A stretch of 64,000 nt of DNA from Bacteroidales bacterium (GTDB lineage: Bacteria; Bacteroidota; Bacteroidia; Bacteroidales; VadinHA17). A program made the position numbers and the translations under genes. The stretch's first letter is position 1. Each line of letters opens with the position of its first letter. The stretch covers positions 7,561-71,560 of the forward strand of contig JALONV010000009.1 in NCBI GenBank assembly GCA_025454755.1. Direction: 5' to 3'. Positions 1-8,015 of the stretch are shown piece after piece. The notes under the pieces were generated by a model, which was given only the letters and a program-made list of their open reading frames with translations, searched no databases and was not told the origin of the DNA.

Positions 1-254
1 TCTATTTCGACACGCATGGTAAACCGGTATTTGATTTTCTCATTGAAGGAGTGGTTGATCTGGAACCCCTTGCCACCAGGGATTTCTATGTCCCCTATGA
101 AGATAAAAGCGGAACGGGTGCAAATTTTCTGATTGAATGGATTTCTGCTGAGCGTGTCAGCGAGCCGCTGGTTGAATCGATAACAATCAGTCTAAAGCCT
201 AACCAGAGCGTTGCGTTTCTCAGCAAGGGCAGGGTGATAAGAGAAAGCAGATAA
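1..254 (+). CDS. DUF3124-family protein, 5'-truncated by the window edge
   Basis: Frame open from base 3: YFDTHGKPV...DKSGTGANFLIEW...EPLVES...GRVI, resembling the DUF3124 C-terminal pattern. Confidence 0.7.
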   Translation, partial: YFDTHGKPVFDFLIEGVVDLEPLATRDFYVPYEDKSGTGANFLIEWISAERVSEPLVESITISLKPNQSVAFLSKGRVIRESR

Positions 255-262
255 GACCAAAG

Positions 263-284
263 AGAGGCTGCCACAAAAGCCTCT
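263..284. terminator. Hairpin between convergent genes; also resembles a solo copy of the terminal repeat at 59616/59749
   Basis: AGAGGCT-gccacaaa-AGCCTCT with A/T runs nearby. Confidence 0.5.
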
Positions 285-317
285 TTATATCTTCAATAAT
301 TTGTACAGTAAATTTCC

Positions 318-608
318 CTATTTCTGAGGATCAGGGTTTGGTTCTTCAGGTTTCGGTTCATCTTGTGTCTTTTTCCTGATACCCTCAGCAAGATCTTCCA
401 GTTTATCGGCTGCCTTTACTGCAACTTTTTTACCGAACTCTTCAGCCTTGTCTAAAGAGTCTTTAATTTCACCGAAAGCCTTGCTTTTCTTTACCTTATC
501 AACCTTCTCATCGATGAAATCATCGGCTTCGTCTATCAGTTTCTTTGCTTTTTCGGCCCAACCCTCTTCTTCAGGTCCAACCGGTTCTTTTTTTGTTTCT
601 TCTTCCAT
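318..608 (-). CDS. Small highly charged hypothetical protein
   Basis: 96-aa ORF, E/K/D-rich helical composition, A-rich upstream region. Confidence 0.65.
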   Translation of the reverse strand: MEEETKKEPVGPEEEGWAEKAKKLIDEADDFIDEKVDKVKKSKAFGEIKDSLDKAEEFGKKVAVKAADKLEDLAEGIRKKTQDEPKPEEPNPDPQK

Positions 609-807
609 AATTTAAAGAGTTAAGTTATTTAGCAAAAGATTTAGTACCCTGAGGGGTGATATTAGCGTGAATGGTTAAAGTTATAAAAGATAGATCAGAC
701 CGGCAATGATAAATTGATAATTTTAGTTGTGGTATTTATAATCTTCAAATTCTGAAAAAACTGTTCAGACATATACAAAAATGATTTTTTATCTGCTAAA
801 AATAAAA

Positions 808-838
808 TTGACTTTAGATACTCGTTTTCGTAAATTTG
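808..838 (+). promoter_or_regulatory. Promoter TTGACT-N17-TAAATTTG
   Basis: Contains the Bacteroidota -7 box TAnnTTTG; same architecture as copies at 2440, 3050, 4365 and 5882. Confidence 0.7.
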
Positions 839-859
839 ACGGGACAAATCCTTCAGGTT

Positions 860-2335
860 ATGAAGAAATACATCTTTTCATTGCTTTTAATTTTGACAAT
901 AACTTCCTGCGTCAATAACAACAATAAGGCACGCTGGCCTCAGTTCCGGGGTCCTGACGGTTCAGGCGTGGCTGATAAAAAAGCCAGGCCTCCCGTCAGA
1001 TTTGAAGAAAACCTGAAATGGCAAACTGATCTGCCGGTCGGTTTTTCTTCGCCTGTTATCTGGGATGACAAAATATTCCTTACCGGATATATTGAAGAGA
1101 AAAAAGAGCTGGCGACGATCTGCTTAAACCGCGAAGATGGAAAAATCATCTGGCAAAAATCTTTTTCTCCTGACACACTTGAAAAATTTCATTCTGTGGC
1201 CAATCCGGCCCAGAGTACTCCGGCGACGGACGGCGAAAGGGTGGTTTCATATTTCGGCTCCTGCGGGCTGGTGTGTTACAACATGCAGGGAGAATTACTT
1301 TGGAAGTATTCAAAACCATGCACTAAATTTATGTATGGAAATGCAACATCGCCGGTAATTACAGATAGCAAAGTAATATTGATAAAGGATGAAGGGAGGA
1401 TCAGGTATCTTCTCGCAATTGATAAAACAACCGGAAAGGAAATATGGAGGGCCGGTTTTGAACGTGACACACTAATAGGATGGGCCGGTAACGCCACACC
1501 CTTGATCTATAAGGATAATGTTATTGTCCACAGGGTGGGAGAAGTTGCAGGCTATTCAGTTAGTGACGGAACATGTTTATGGAACTATAAAATCCTGACG
1601 GAAGCGTCCGGTTCTCCGGTCATAGCAGAAGACAAAGTCCTGATCAGCTGCTGGTATAATTTAAGTGATGATGCAGAACGCCCTGAAGTGCTTGATTTTG
1701 AGGGATTACTTCTGAAATCTGATTCAAATAAAAACGGTAAAATTGATAAAACCGAAATCCCTGGAGACCTCATGCTCTTTCAGAGACCAGAGATGAAAGA
1801 AATTGAAGGAACATCTTTTTCAGTTAAACCGTATTTTGATGGACTGGATATGAATGGAGATAAGGAACTTGATGATAAGGAATGGGAACAGGTACTTGAA
1901 TGGTTTAAAAATTATAGCAGGCCATCAGGTTTAATCGCGATCAGTCCCGATTCAAGGGGTACACTGAACGACAGTGCTGTCCTTTGGAGAGTGACTAAAT
2001 ATATATCAGAAGTCCCATCTCCGATTTATTACAAAAAGAGAGCTTACATGATAAAAGACGGAGGTTTTGTGACATGTGTAAATCCGGGAACTGGAAATAT
2101 AATTTATCAGACAAGAGTTGGGACCCCCGGACCTTACTTTGCATCTCCTGTGGCTACCAACGGTCTTTTGTATCTATTTGCATTCAATGGCAGACTTACA
2201 ATAATAAAAGCCGGAGACGAACCGAAAATAGTCGCCAAACATGATTTTAAGGATAATATAGCGGCTTCGCCTGCGATTATAGGGAATACGATCTATATTC
2301 GTACAAAAAAAGGCCTTCTGGCCTATTCTAATTGA
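860..2335 (+). CDS. PQQ-binding-like (BamB-like) beta-propeller lipoprotein with EF-hand-like insertion
   Basis: MKKY...ITSC lipobox; WPQFRGP, SSPVI, STPATDG, ASP repeats; loops DSNKNGKIDKTE and DMNGDKELDDKE; start moved to ATG 860. Confidence 0.85.
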   Translation: MKKYIFSLLLILTITSCVNNNNKARWPQFRGPDGSGVADKKARPPVRFEENLKWQTDLPVGFSSPVIWDDKIFLTGYIEEKKELATICLNREDGKIIWQKSFSPDTLEKFHSVANPAQSTPATDGERVVSYFGSCGLVCYNMQGELLWKYSKPCTKFMYGNATSPVITDSKVILIKDEGRIRYLLAIDKTTGKEIWRAGFERDTLIGWAGNATPLIYKDNVIVHRVGEVAGYSVSDGTCLWNYKILTEASGSPVIAEDKVLISCWYNLSDDAERPEVLDFEGLLLKSDSNKNGKIDKTEIPGDLMLFQRPEMKEIEGTSFSVKPYFDGLDMNGDKELDDKEWEQVLEWFKNYSRPSGLIAISPDSRGTLNDSAVLWRVTKYISEVPSPIYYKKRAYMIKDGGFVTCVNPGTGNIIYQTRVGTPGPYFASPVATNGLLYLFAFNGRLTIIKAGDEPKIVAKHDFKDNIAASPAIIGNTIYIRTKKGLLAYSN

Positions 2336-2439
2336 TTCTTAAATCATATTGTAATTGTAATCACATTAAAGTAGATCTTTATAAAGCTTTCTTCTTTTCT
2401 GTCGCGGAATATCCACTTCGTTACGATCTCCTTAATAGT

Positions 2440-2470
2440 TTGACTTTGGTCTTTTTCTGTCGTAAATTGG
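2440..2470 (+). promoter_or_regulatory. Promoter TTGACT-N17-TAAATTGG
   Basis: Member of the five-copy conserved promoter motif. Confidence 0.65.
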
Positions 2471-2518
2471 ATCAATAAAACAACGACTCATTTAAATTAA
2501 CAATTAAAGCCTGAATTC

Positions 2519-2962
2519 ATGGACAACTTAATTATTAGAACCCGGTATCCTTTGTCCAAAAAAATAATTTATGGCGGAGGAATGATTTTAGTGGCTGTTG
2601 TAATGATAGTTTTAAGCATCACACTGCATATTAAGTTTTTAGCCGGATCGATGATTCCTCTTCTGGGAACAGGAGTATTATTTTTTACTCCTCTTATGGG
2701 TTCATATAATACACAGATTTATGCAGCTAATGGGTTTCTTAAGATAAGATGGCCTGACAGGGCTAAAATAAATGTGCTGGAATCTGAAATTGAAAGGATT
2801 ACCTTATCGACTAATTATATTTTTATTTTCAGAAAAGTCAGGAAAAATATTAAACTTACGCTATATGATAAAGATCAAAAAGCTCAGGTCTTTAAATTTT
2901 TTACTGAATATGCAAAAGAAAAAAATATTCCCCTGGTTAACCAGGATGAACAGAAGCATTAA
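2519..2962 (+). CDS. Hypothetical membrane protein (two N-terminal TM helices plus a small soluble domain)
   Basis: 147-aa ORF with hydrophobic N-terminal segments and its own promoter. Confidence 0.7.
   Translation: MDNLIIRTRYPLSKKIIYGGGMILVAVVMIVLSITLHIKFLAGSMIPLLGTGVLFFTPLMGSYNTQIYAANGFLKIRWPDRAKINVLESEIERITLSTNYIFIFRKVRKNIKLTLYDKDQKAQVFKFFTEYAKEKNIPLVNQDEQKH
2912..2960 (+). repeat. 49-bp direct repeat copy 1 (3' end of ORF 2519..2962)
   Basis: 45/49 identical to 4249..4297; contains palindrome CCTGGTTAACCAGG. Confidence 0.9.
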
Positions 2963-3049
2963 ACATATCTTTTATCTCCCCTTTTTTATCTTTTTCATCC
3001 ATTTCCGAAGATGTAAAAAACTGGTGCAGATTCGCCACTAAAAATAAAT

Positions 3050-3080
3050 TTGACTTAGGCTTTTTGCTGTTGTAACTTTA
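3050..3080 (+). promoter_or_regulatory. Promoter TTGACT-N17-TAACTTTA
   Basis: Member of the five-copy conserved promoter motif. Confidence 0.65.
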
Positions 3081-3155
3081 CATTTTCTGATGGTTAACAA
3101 GCCATAATGATATTCTGATCGAATTGATTTTATTGTTTTCTTATACTTTGCCACT

Positions 3156-4163
3156 ATGAAACAATTAAGTTATTTGCTCTTCATTTTCATTTTGTTACTT
3201 TCAGGATGTGACAGGAACGATAATGGTGATGAAAATAATAATGACTCACCAAAATGGACTAAATACACAGGCAATCCGGTAATGATTCCCGGTGCTTCAA
3301 CTGATTGGGACAGGGAATTTGTAGGCTTGGGATCGGTGATTTATCATGGAGACGTATTCAAAATGTGGTATTCCGGAGGAAGTATGACCAACACCAGTTC
3401 ACCTTTACGAATTGGTTATGCCACATCCCCTGACGGGATCACCTGGTCGAAGTACAATAATAATCCGGTTTTAAATAAAGGATCAGATGGAAGCTGGGAT
3501 GATAATTCAGTTCATTCTCCCTGTGTTTTAATCATTAATGACAAATTTCATATGTGGTATACCGGACACAAAGGATCTGATTCAAGTATTGATTTTCAGA
3601 TAGGTCATGCCACTTCGTCAGACGGTATTGCCTGGACAAAAGATCCAAATAATCCGGTTCTGAAAAGGGGAATAATAGGAGACTGGGATTATTATTGGGT
3701 CTCAGTTGGATCAGTCTTATATGACGGCACCGAATATCATTTATGGTACACAGCCAGTGGCACTAGTGGAATAAAGATTGGGCATGCCACATCTCCGGAT
3801 GCACTGACCTGGTCAAAAGATCCTTCAAATCCCGTTGTTATTCCGGGAAGCTCGGGAAGCTGGAACTATCCAAGAGTTGACTTTCCGACAGTTATATATG
3901 ATGGCACTATTTATGAAATGTGGTACTCCGGTGGTGGTGGTTTTAATTGGCGTATTGGTCATGCCAGATCCTCAAATGGTAGTACCTGGACGAAAGATGC
4001 TTATGGGGTAATAACTGTCGGTCCCGTAGGAAGCTGGGATTCGAGATCGGTAGCCTGCATGTCAGTAATAGATAGTTCAGATGTAAAATATAAAATGTGG
4101 TACTGGGGAAGCGACAATGCAAATCTGGCAAGTATCGGATATGTCACTAAGCTGCATGAATGA
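3156..4163 (+). CDS. Five-bladed beta-propeller glycosidase-like lipoprotein (GH43/32/130-like)
   Basis: LSGC lipobox; five repeats of NPV...WD...MWY.G...IG(H/Y)A.S.DG..W.K. Confidence 0.8.
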   Translation: MKQLSYLLFIFILLLSGCDRNDNGDENNNDSPKWTKYTGNPVMIPGASTDWDREFVGLGSVIYHGDVFKMWYSGGSMTNTSSPLRIGYATSPDGITWSKYNNNPVLNKGSDGSWDDNSVHSPCVLIINDKFHMWYTGHKGSDSSIDFQIGHATSSDGIAWTKDPNNPVLKRGIIGDWDYYWVSVGSVLYDGTEYHLWYTASGTSGIKIGHATSPDALTWSKDPSNPVVIPGSSGSWNYPRVDFPTVIYDGTIYEMWYSGGGGFNWRIGHARSSNGSTWTKDAYGVITVGPVGSWDSRSVACMSVIDSSDVKYKMWYWGSDNANLASIGYVTKLHE

Positions 4164-4248
4164 AAGATATGATACAATTCCGCTAATTTTAGTTGGGAAT
4201 TTTTTTTTACTCCCGTTTTGAGCTCATATAAGACAGAGCATAAGATTG

Positions 4249-4297
4249 GCAAAAGAAAAGAATATTACCCTGGTGAACCAGGATGAATAGAAGCATT
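4249..4297 (+). repeat. 49-bp direct repeat copy 2 (non-coding relic)
   Basis: 45/49 identical to 2912..2960. Confidence 0.9.
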
Positions 4298-4364
4298 GAA
4301 GCAGATTCCACGCTTCACTTCGTTACACTCCCGGAATTTAATAATAAATCGACCTTAAAAAAAT

Positions 4365-4395
4365 TTGACTTTGGCTTTTTACCGGTGTAACTTTG
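4365..4395 (+). promoter_or_regulatory. Promoter TTGACT-N17-TAACTTTG
   Basis: TTTG (-33) plus 20 nt plus TAACTTTG (-7), canonical Bacteroidota spacing. Confidence 0.75.
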
Positions 4396-4417
4396 CATTA
4401 AACTAAACTTGCTGGAT

Positions 4418-5836
4418 ATGAAAGCCTTAGTTAAATTTCTGCCAATTATTCTTGTTCTGACAGCGATTATCAGTTTTTCATCATGTGAAAAGAAGGATGC
4501 TGGGTCTGAAAAGGGAATGCTTGAAATCTCTCTGAATTTACCTGACGAGACAAGTTCTTCCAAATCGGGTGTGAACACCGACAGCAGTGGAGTAGTTTCA
4601 TATCATTTAATGATTTCCATTGAAGATATGGAAGGTAATCTGGTTATGAATGATTCTATGATTCCACTTTATACTTTCGGAACAGGTTTTGTCAGTAAGA
4701 ATGTAGAACTGAAAACCGGAGAGTACAAGCTGTCCAAATTCATGGTGATTAATCCATCCGGAAAGGTTGTTTTTGCAACACCGGTTGAAGGTGCTCCTCT
4801 CGCATACCTTGTCAACAGACCGCTTCCATTGACTTTTAATATCCTGCCCGTCCAGGTTACCAGAATAATACCTGAAGTGCTGGCAGTCGGAGATAATTCT
4901 CCAACCCGGTTTGGATATGCCAGCTTTGGCATTCAGATCATTATGCCGCTTCATTTCTGGACAATATGCATACCAGATAATCCATTAGCGACGGCCATCT
5001 CACAACTTACAGCAGCAAAACTTACTATCTATGCTGAAAATGGCTGGCATTATACTTTTAGGCTGGAGGCAGCAGTAAATCATCTGATAATCAGGGGAGG
5101 ATCGCAGGTATATTATTTTCTGCTGGAAAAGGAGGGTTATCAGCCAAAGAAAATGCTGTTCACGGCAGAACAATTAATGTCAACCACCAGGGAAAATCCC
5201 CTCATTCTGAAAATTCCATCGGTCAGCGCTACAGTTAATTTAAAAGAAGGATTAGTTGCATATTACCCTTTTGTCGGAAATGCAAGTGACATTAGCGGGA
5301 ATAATCATAATGGAATTGTTCATGGTGCAACATTAACCTCTGACCGGTTCGGAAATATGAATAATGCTTACTGCTTTAATGGAGTTGATACATTTATTGA
5401 TCTGGCTAATACTGATACTCTGAATATGTTTTCAGGATTTACACTTTCTGCATGGGTTAATTTTAAAACCAGTAATGGCGGTTCAATAGTATCTAAGCAT
5501 ATTAATTATTTCTATAATTCTTTTACGATGGCAGCTACTAATTGTAATGCTGTTCTCACAACTGATAACTCACACTATTATATTGCAACAACAGAAAAGT
5601 ACAATGATGGAACCTGGCATTTGTTCACTGGTGTTTTCACCGGAACCAGGTTATTAATCTATGTAGACGGATTATTAAAAGTATCTGGCAATGCAAGCTA
5701 TACAACGGGGAATGATAGGGAAATAAGAATAGGAGCAGATTCAGAATTATCGTTTTTTAATGGAAAAATTGATGACGTCCGGATCTGGAACCGTGCATTG
5801 AGCGAGAACGAAATTTTTGCTTTATCTAAAGAGTGA
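4418..5836 (+). CDS. Lipoprotein with C-terminal LamG/concanavalin-like domain
   Basis: FSSC lipobox; GLVAYYPF...DRFG...FTLSAWV...WHL...IYVDG...FNGKIDDVRIWNRALS LamG signature. Confidence 0.85.
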   Translation: MKALVKFLPIILVLTAIISFSSCEKKDAGSEKGMLEISLNLPDETSSSKSGVNTDSSGVVSYHLMISIEDMEGNLVMNDSMIPLYTFGTGFVSKNVELKTGEYKLSKFMVINPSGKVVFATPVEGAPLAYLVNRPLPLTFNILPVQVTRIIPEVLAVGDNSPTRFGYASFGIQIIMPLHFWTICIPDNPLATAISQLTAAKLTIYAENGWHYTFRLEAAVNHLIIRGGSQVYYFLLEKEGYQPKKMLFTAEQLMSTTRENPLILKIPSVSATVNLKEGLVAYYPFVGNASDISGNNHNGIVHGATLTSDRFGNMNNAYCFNGVDTFIDLANTDTLNMFSGFTLSAWVNFKTSNGGSIVSKHINYFYNSFTMAATNCNAVLTTDNSHYYIATTEKYNDGTWHLFTGVFTGTRLLIYVDGLLKVSGNASYTTGNDREIRIGADSELSFFNGKIDDVRIWNRALSENEIFALSKE

Positions 5837-5881
5837 AGATTGGATCTAAATACTTATGACAGGATGCTCATTAAAATGAAA

Positions 5882-5912
5882 TTGACTCTGGCTTAAAGAA
5901 AGTGTAACTTTA
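5882..5912 (+). promoter_or_regulatory. Promoter TTGACT-N17-TAACTTTA
   Basis: Member of the five-copy conserved promoter motif. Confidence 0.65.
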
Positions 5913-5980
5913 TTATATGTAACTATTAATAAAAGATATTCAATTCAACATCAATTTATTACTACTATATCAAAATAAAA

Positions 5981-6394
5981 ATGGAAAGTATTAAGGACAC
6001 CTCACAGGAAGGATTTATAAATGTGAAATTTAATCTTACTTACTCTGTTTTGATGATTCTATTTGGAATAGCGTTTGTCATTTGGGCTTTATGGCCTGAT
6101 CGGGATGTCTTTCTAAAATATTATTTCCTTATATTGGGACTGATTGTATTAGCACATGGCATTTACGCAATATCAGGTGGAAGATATTTCAGATATTATC
6201 TGGCTGATAAGAAAATTATTTTTTCCGGACTCTTTATGATAATCGGCAGAACCGTAAAATTTGACAAATTATTTATTAAAGGTAAAGACCTTTATAGAGT
6301 AATAAACGGAAAAGTAAGATACATAAACCTTATAAAGTATCAGTGCAATAAAAAAGATCTTGATATCTTCTTTCAAGAAATCAATAAGGGGTAG
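5981..6394 (+). CDS. Hypothetical membrane protein
   Basis: 137 aa, two TM segments, AT-rich. Confidence 0.7.
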   Translation: MESIKDTSQEGFINVKFNLTYSVLMILFGIAFVIWALWPDRDVFLKYYFLILGLIVLAHGIYAISGGRYFRYYLADKKIIFSGLFMIIGRTVKFDKLFIKGKDLYRVINGKVRYINLIKYQCNKKDLDIFFQEINKG

Positions 6395-6628
6395 TCCTTA
6401 ACAAGCTTTACGGAGCAAAAACAAATTTAAATCCTTTTTGCACTTGTAGTATTGCAGCAAGATATATTTATTCCAAATTAGAGATACCGCTACTCTTTTG
6501 TATTACGTAATTAGTTCCAACTATTTGGATATAATAAAATATATTTTCTGATCAAAGAAAGGTTTCCGAAATTTGATACAGAAGGCAATGATCGTAATAA
6601 AGATTACCACAACATTAAACTAAATTGT

Positions 6629-7075
6629 ATGAAAACATTACGAATTATTACTGCAATTTGTTTCTTCCTGGTTTCAACCTCAATCGCTTATTCACAAGAC
6701 ACCGCAATGTTCAAAGCTAAAATTCACAAGTATCAAAACAAGGTGCGAAATGGCAAGATATTAACAATTACTGGTACTCCTTTAATTGCAGTTGGCGGGA
6801 TACTTTTTGCCGTCGGGAATCATAATTTGCAACTTTCTAATGATTATAGTATTTTTTCAGATGAGAGCCAGAGATATTCAATCAGAGGAACAAATTATGA
6901 AGTGCTTGGGCTCCTGATTGGAGAAGCCGGAATTGCTTTAACGGTAACCGGCATAATTAATAGGAGTATTGGGAAAAGAAAAATTACCCAGTATAAAATT
7001 AAACTTGACAATGCAAGATCAGGTTTTTACTATAGACCTGACCAGGCAGGATTAAGGCTGGCATTTAAGTTTTAA
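6629..7075 (+). CDS. Hypothetical exported/membrane protein
   Basis: Signal peptide (AYSQ), two hydrophobic segments, C-terminal GLRLAFKF. Confidence 0.7.
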   Translation: MKTLRIITAICFFLVSTSIAYSQDTAMFKAKIHKYQNKVRNGKILTITGTPLIAVGGILFAVGNHNLQLSNDYSIFSDESQRYSIRGTNYEVLGLLIGEAGIALTVTGIINRSIGKRKITQYKIKLDNARSGFYYRPDQAGLRLAFKF

Positions 7076-7205
7076 GACTATCAGTTAGTTTAATATATCG
7101 ATTTTATATCCGTAAACCGGCTCCTTCTCAACTTTTATCTTTTGCCTTTTGTTCCGCTGTGCGGAATTTCCTCACTTCATTCGTCAATCTTTAATTTTAT
7201 TTCAA

Positions 7206-7287
7206 TATCTTTGGTAAGTGTTTCCAAACGTGCTAAATAATTTTGGATATGCTAATAAGAACATTTGCCAGTGCCGTTACCGGTATT
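7206..7287 (+). pseudogene. Duplicated promoter and first 13 codons of comM (relic)
   Basis: 7249..7287 is 38/39 identical to 8016..8054 (MLIRTFASAVTGI); upstream GTGTTTCC and GTGCTA are also shared; TATCTTTG -7 box at 7206. Confidence 0.9.
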
Positions 7288-7350
7288 TTTGATTCTGTCG
7301 TTGACATTTCTAATTTAAATCCTCAAACTGATAAATGGCCAATACAATTT

Positions 7351-7375
7351 AACTGGTCGCAATTTGCGACCAGTT
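7351..7375. promoter_or_regulatory. Perfect 25-bp palindrome upstream of ORF6N gene, candidate operator
   Basis: AACTGGTCGCAA-T-TTGCGACCAGTT, ending 17 nt before the ATG at 7393. Confidence 0.6.
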
Positions 7376-7392
7376 CATAATTAGCTGTCTTT

Positions 7393-7920
7393 ATGATAAG
7401 CAAACTAATAAAAGCAGATTATAAATCTCTGATATTTGAGTTCAGAGGGTACAAAGTAATGGTTGATTTTGACCTTTCAATATTATATGGTATTGAAACA
7501 AAACGTTTGAAGGAACAAGTAAAGAGAAATATCAGAAGATTCCCGGAAGATTTCATGTTCGAATTAACCAGGGAAGAAAAGGAACACTTGTTAGTGACTT
7601 GTGAACGGTTATCAATGCTTAAACATTCTTCGGTCAGTCCGATGGTTTTTACCGAACAGGGGGTAGCTATGCTTTCATCTGTGCTCCATTCAGAAAAAGC
7701 TATCAGCATCAATATTGAAATTATGAGAGCTTTTTCTCATTACAGAGCATTGTTATATGAAAATAATGAGCTCAGAAGAGAAATTAAAAACCTAGATAAG
7801 AAGATTAATACGGCATTCAGGTTTCTGCTTAGCCGAATAGATGAACTTCACCAAAAGAAAATTGCAAGAAAACCGATAGGATATAAAAATTATGCGGATG
7901 GAGAAAAAGAATCTGATTGA
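7393..7920 (+). CDS. ORF6N domain DNA-binding protein
   Basis: FRGYKVMVDFDLSILYG.ETKRLKEQVKRN..RFPEDFMFEL...FTEQGVAMLSSVL.S..AI.INIEIMRAF; C-terminal RKPIGY. Confidence 0.9.
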   Translation: MISKLIKADYKSLIFEFRGYKVMVDFDLSILYGIETKRLKEQVKRNIRRFPEDFMFELTREEKEHLLVTCERLSMLKHSSVSPMVFTEQGVAMLSSVLHSEKAISINIEIMRAFSHYRALLYENNELRREIKNLDKKINTAFRFLLSRIDELHQKKIARKPIGYKNYADGEKESD

Positions 7921-8015
7921 AACTATATCCGAGGTATTTCAAGAGTATATTTTGTTAATAAATAATTTCCTATATTTAGAAGGTGTTTCCTTGAAGTGCT
8001 AGTAAACTTAAAATT

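Noticed and set aside
6575-6598. Possible ECF-sigma promoter GATAC...CGTAAT (also TAAACC...CATCTAA near 39273)
   Set aside because: Too short and inconsistently spaced to support without a motif search.
808-7200. Classical integron
   Set aside because: No intI or tyrosine recombinase and no convincing RYYYAAC...GTTRRRY attC hairpins; genes have their own promoters.
7393-7920. Prophage suggested by ORF6N
   Set aside because: No structural, replication, lysis or integrase genes nearby.
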